From: Neodothiora populina
Lineage: Eukaryota
Assembly (NCBI RefSeq): GCF_041146345.1
Contig: NW_027191411.1
Location: 310,001-374,000, forward strand
Direction: 5' to 3'
Length of the DNA: 64,000 bases
The notes beneath the pieces are model-generated. The model saw only the letters and a list, made by a program, of their open reading frames with translations. It searched no databases and was not told where the DNA came from. Numbering within the stretch: the stretch's first letter is position 1; the number at the start of each line of letters is the position of its first letter. Shown here in pieces: positions 60,554 to 64,000 of this stretch. A program made the position numbers and the translations under genes.

Positions 60554-61767
60554 CTAAGGTAGTTTCCGCAAGTTCATCCCCGAAAGCATGACCTGTCGTC
60601 TTGCTGTTTTAACTTTGTGGCCATGTAATTGCTTATATTCGTAATACTCGCTTGCACGTATGTCATCGTTCTATAAGATGAAGGTACTCGTAACGGACGC
60701 CGTAGCTGTGTTCTCCTCCTCATGCTTTCTTTTTCTGTCCCCCTGATGTGTGATGTGTAGGCGACGACGACAATTATAACCCTATAAGATTATGAAGGAC
60801 CAAGTCGAGATAAAGTGAGATTGGATTACGGAGACAAGCTTCGCAATGCCAAGCAAGGGCAAGCATCATCTGTCAAAAATGTGGCACAGTAGTAGTAGTG
60901 GGACCGACCATTTCGTCAGGTTAATTCGAAGCAAAGAGGAGCCAAAAAGACGGCACACGCAGGTTTGGAAGTCACAGCAGTGGGGATGCTGCGCACAGGT
61001 GCATTTGATTTGGGCCCTTCGAGGCTATGGGACCCTGCCTAGTTTGTAGACAGTGTTGTCTAGCAAGGGTGGTTGCAGAGAAGACCAAGAGACTCGATTA
61101 TTCACTACTGAGCACTTGTAGCAGTAGTCTGGGTGTATTGTACAGGTATGCCTGTTTGACAGGGCTGATTAGGCTTTTCGGGGCGGGCTCAGTCAGAGCG
61201 GGAAATTCAGATACGAACCCCAAGGGAAACGGGAGTCTGTTTGGGCGCAAAGGAAAGGCCAAACCCCCGTCGACCGCAATTTGAGAGTTGTTAGCGGCTC
61301 ATGTAGACAGTAGAGTAATGCAGTGCAGAGTGAGGGGGCGAGAGAGAGAGAACGGATGGGGGGCTCAGCTGGTGTCCACCGTGTGCTGCTTGCACATTGC
61401 TGTGGCTTCTTCTGCCTTTGGTGCCTTGTGCCTTGTGCTGCCTTTAGTGCTTTCCCTTCCTGACTTGCACTTGCTTGTTCGCTGAACCCCACCTCCTTCC
61501 CTCTCACCAACTTTCTTCCCCCCCCTTCCCCCTACAAAGCTGTTTACTTTTGCCCGCGACAGAATATCAAATAGCAACGATTTTCTTGACCTTTTGCCTT
61601 TTATTTCCTGTTCTATATTCCTCGGACGGATTTATTCGACTGCTGCTGCTTGTTTTGTGATACAACAAATTAAATCAGACAATCCTGTAGATAAACAGCA
61701 CCGCCCCCCTTTTTATAACATCTGCTTCCCTCTTTCCGCCCTCCCCCTTCTTCGATCACCACTTCGC

Positions 61768-61768
<1 letters not shown>

Positions 61769-61799
<31 letters not shown>
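61769..61799. repeat. (AC)15 microsatellite in the SEC14 5' leader
   Basis: Directly visible; ends 11 nt before the ATG. Confidence 0.95.
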
Positions 61800-61800
<1 letters not shown>

Positions 61801-61810
61801 CTCGCCCAAC

Positions 61811-63032
61811 ATGGCCGAAATGAAGCAAGATCCCAAGTACGACCACTACGACTTCCCCACCGTCTCGTCGACCGCTCTTCCTGGACACCCTGGCCACACT
61901 ACCCCCGAGCAGGATGCACAGGTGCAGCAGCTCAGGATGTCGCTCGAGGCGGCTGGTTACACCAAGCGATTGGACACGTTGACCATGGTACGAGTTCTTG
62001 GTCTCTAAGCAAGCAATTTCGAAACTGACGAGTCGGGTTCCTTAGTTGCGATTCCTCAGAGCGCGCAAGTTTGACGTCAACTTGGCCAAGCAGATGTATG
62101 TAATTGATCTGAGCAGACTCAACGCACTTCTGTCGGCTGTGGTCCAGGAGACTGACAGATGGCACTCATAGGTTCATCGACTGCGAGAAATGGAGAGCAG
62201 ATTTCGGCGGCGGCGTTGATGCGCTCGTCCCTACTTTCGACTACAAGGAGAAGGAGGAGGTGTTTAGGTACTACCCTCAGTACTACCACAAGACCGACAA
62301 GGTACGAGGCCGCAGTTGAACACACTCGTTGCAGAGAGGAAAAAGAAGCCGCTGACTTTTCTTTGCAACAACAAACAGGAGGGCCGACCGCTCTACATTG
62401 AACAACTCGGCAAGATCGACCTCAAGGCCATGTACAAGATCACGACGGAGGACCGCATGTTGCAGAACCTCGTCGTCGAGTACGAGAAGGTTGCCGACCC
62501 TCGTCTTCCCGCATGCTCTCGCCAAGCCGGCCACCTGCTCGAGACGTCGTGCACAATCATGGATCTCAAGGGCGTCGGTATCAGCAACGTCTCGTCCGTC
62601 TACGGCTACGTCCAGAAGGCCTCGAACATCTCGCAAAACTACTACCCCGAGCGCATGGGCAAGTTGTACCTGATCAACGCACCCTGGGGTTTCTCTGGCG
62701 CTTTCAGCTTCGTCAAGAAGTTCCTCGACCCCGTCACTGTCGACAAGATCCACATTCTTGGCTCTTCATACAAGAGCGAGCTCCTCGCCCAGATCGACTC
62801 CAAGAACCTACCCAAGGAGTTCGGTGGTGAGTGCGACTGCAAGGGCGGATGCGCTCTGTCAGACGCCGGCCCATGGAAGGATCCTCAGTGGGTCAAGCCT
62901 GCCGCGTGGGAGACTGAGGCCGCTGGTTCCGCCATCCAGAACTCCGAGGCTGTGGTCGGCGAGGCCGAGCCTGTTGCCTCCGGAAGCGCCACCCACCCTG
63001 CCCCTGCTGGCGCAGCCACTGTTCCCCAATGA
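61811..63032 (+). CDS. SEC14: Sec14 phosphatidylinositol/phosphatidylcholine transfer protein, 336 aa
   Basis: Exons 61811-61987, 62046-62095, 62172-62301 and 62379-63032. [59 protein letters not shown] and SDAGPW. Confidence 0.97.
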
Positions 63033-64000
63033 ACGGATCGTGTGACGGAGTAAAAGAAGGGACACCAAGAAAAGACATGAAAAGAGAGAAACGGCCTCCT
63101 CGCCACGATGGGGAAATTGCAGAGGAGAAGAAATTAAAAAAATGCTTTGGGGCGACATGTTCAACCTTTGTCGAGGAAAGCGTGTTTTGGAAGCATTGGG
63201 GTTTCTGCTCGCTCATGCACCAATGGTCTCTTTTTGCGTCCAGGCATGTGCTGAGTGGGTAGGCAACCGACTGTTGGCGTGCTTGTATCTTGGGCTGGCA
63301 AAGCAGTGAGCTTCAATGCATGGAGAAGCGGAGACTCATCTGTCGTCTGTGTTTTGCAATACATGCGTAGCTAGACAGAAAAGACCAGGACAACTGGACG
63401 GACCGGACCGGGTGACGGTGGGATGGAGCGGGTGGGTAAATAGGGTAGGCATGGTGGTTTGATTTTCCAGGAAGAAACATTTGAAGTCCATCCGTTCATC
63501 GTCGTCCAACCGAAACAAGATTAGAAGAAAAGCAAAAAGACACAACCTGACAACAGTCGACTTCTCTTCTCTTCAGTCTATAAATCCGATTTGTTTCCTC
63601 TTGTCTCCTTTTCCGGACTTTGTTCGAGCCCACACACCGTGTTCGTTCCTCGTTTGTTTCGAGACTTGTTCTAGGCATACACTGTGGTTCTCTTGTCGCA
63701 TTTTCTAGTCCTGTTCCACGTCCCGTCCGTCGGTCATCGTTCATATAGACACTAATGTATAGCACAAGAAGAGAAGAAAGATGGGCAGACAGACAGACAG
63801 ACATAAGGCCGGTGTGATACATGATAGTCAACATATACAAACGTCCACACTCGTAAGGCAGGTGCCTTAGTGAGAGTAGCAAGAGAAGCAAGAGAAGGAA
63901 GGTGTCACGCACAGCTAGCTAGCTAGCTACATAGCAAAGCAAAACAAGACCGAGGGATCTTACACACGGACATCGAGGGGAGAGGACTATTTCATACACC

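Noticed and set aside
1..64000. Transposons, RIP-degraded repeats, CRISPR arrays, rRNA or tRNA
   Set aside because: No transposase or RT ORFs, terminal repeats, AT-rich RIP-like blocks, repeat-spacer arrays or RNA-gene signatures recognised by eye.

Overview
Fungal genomic DNA from a filamentous ascomycete (Pezizomycotina; a Dothideomycete is plausible but not provable here). It carries short GT-AG introns with CTRAC branch sites and about 19 protein-coding genes. The left end is a cell-wall neighbourhood: a ~1305-aa secreted mosaic protein (hevein/CBM18, three PAN/apple-like modules, nidogen/NIDO-like C-terminus), a GPI-anchored GH72 glucanosyltransferase, and a divergently transcribed FKS1 with Tyr at the first position of echinocandin hot spot 1. 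Next come SPT10, a nucleotide-sugar-transporter-like/DUF3431 fusion with a 6-nt micro-exon, a DNA ligase I paralogue, MTM1, HRT3, PCM1 and a GH17 glucanase. A less conserved-looking block follows: a TF domain with no visible Zn cluster, an F-box/transglutaminase/YccV protein, a stand-alone degenerate PNP_UDP domain and a small Cys/CBM5-12-like protein. The window ends with CCR4, a hot-dog thioesterase that appears to need a 1-nt exon, acrB and SEC14. I recognised no tRNA, rRNA, CRISPR array or intact transposon. Exon structures were deduced by hand from splice signals and frame continuity, and family calls come from recognised motifs, not database searches.
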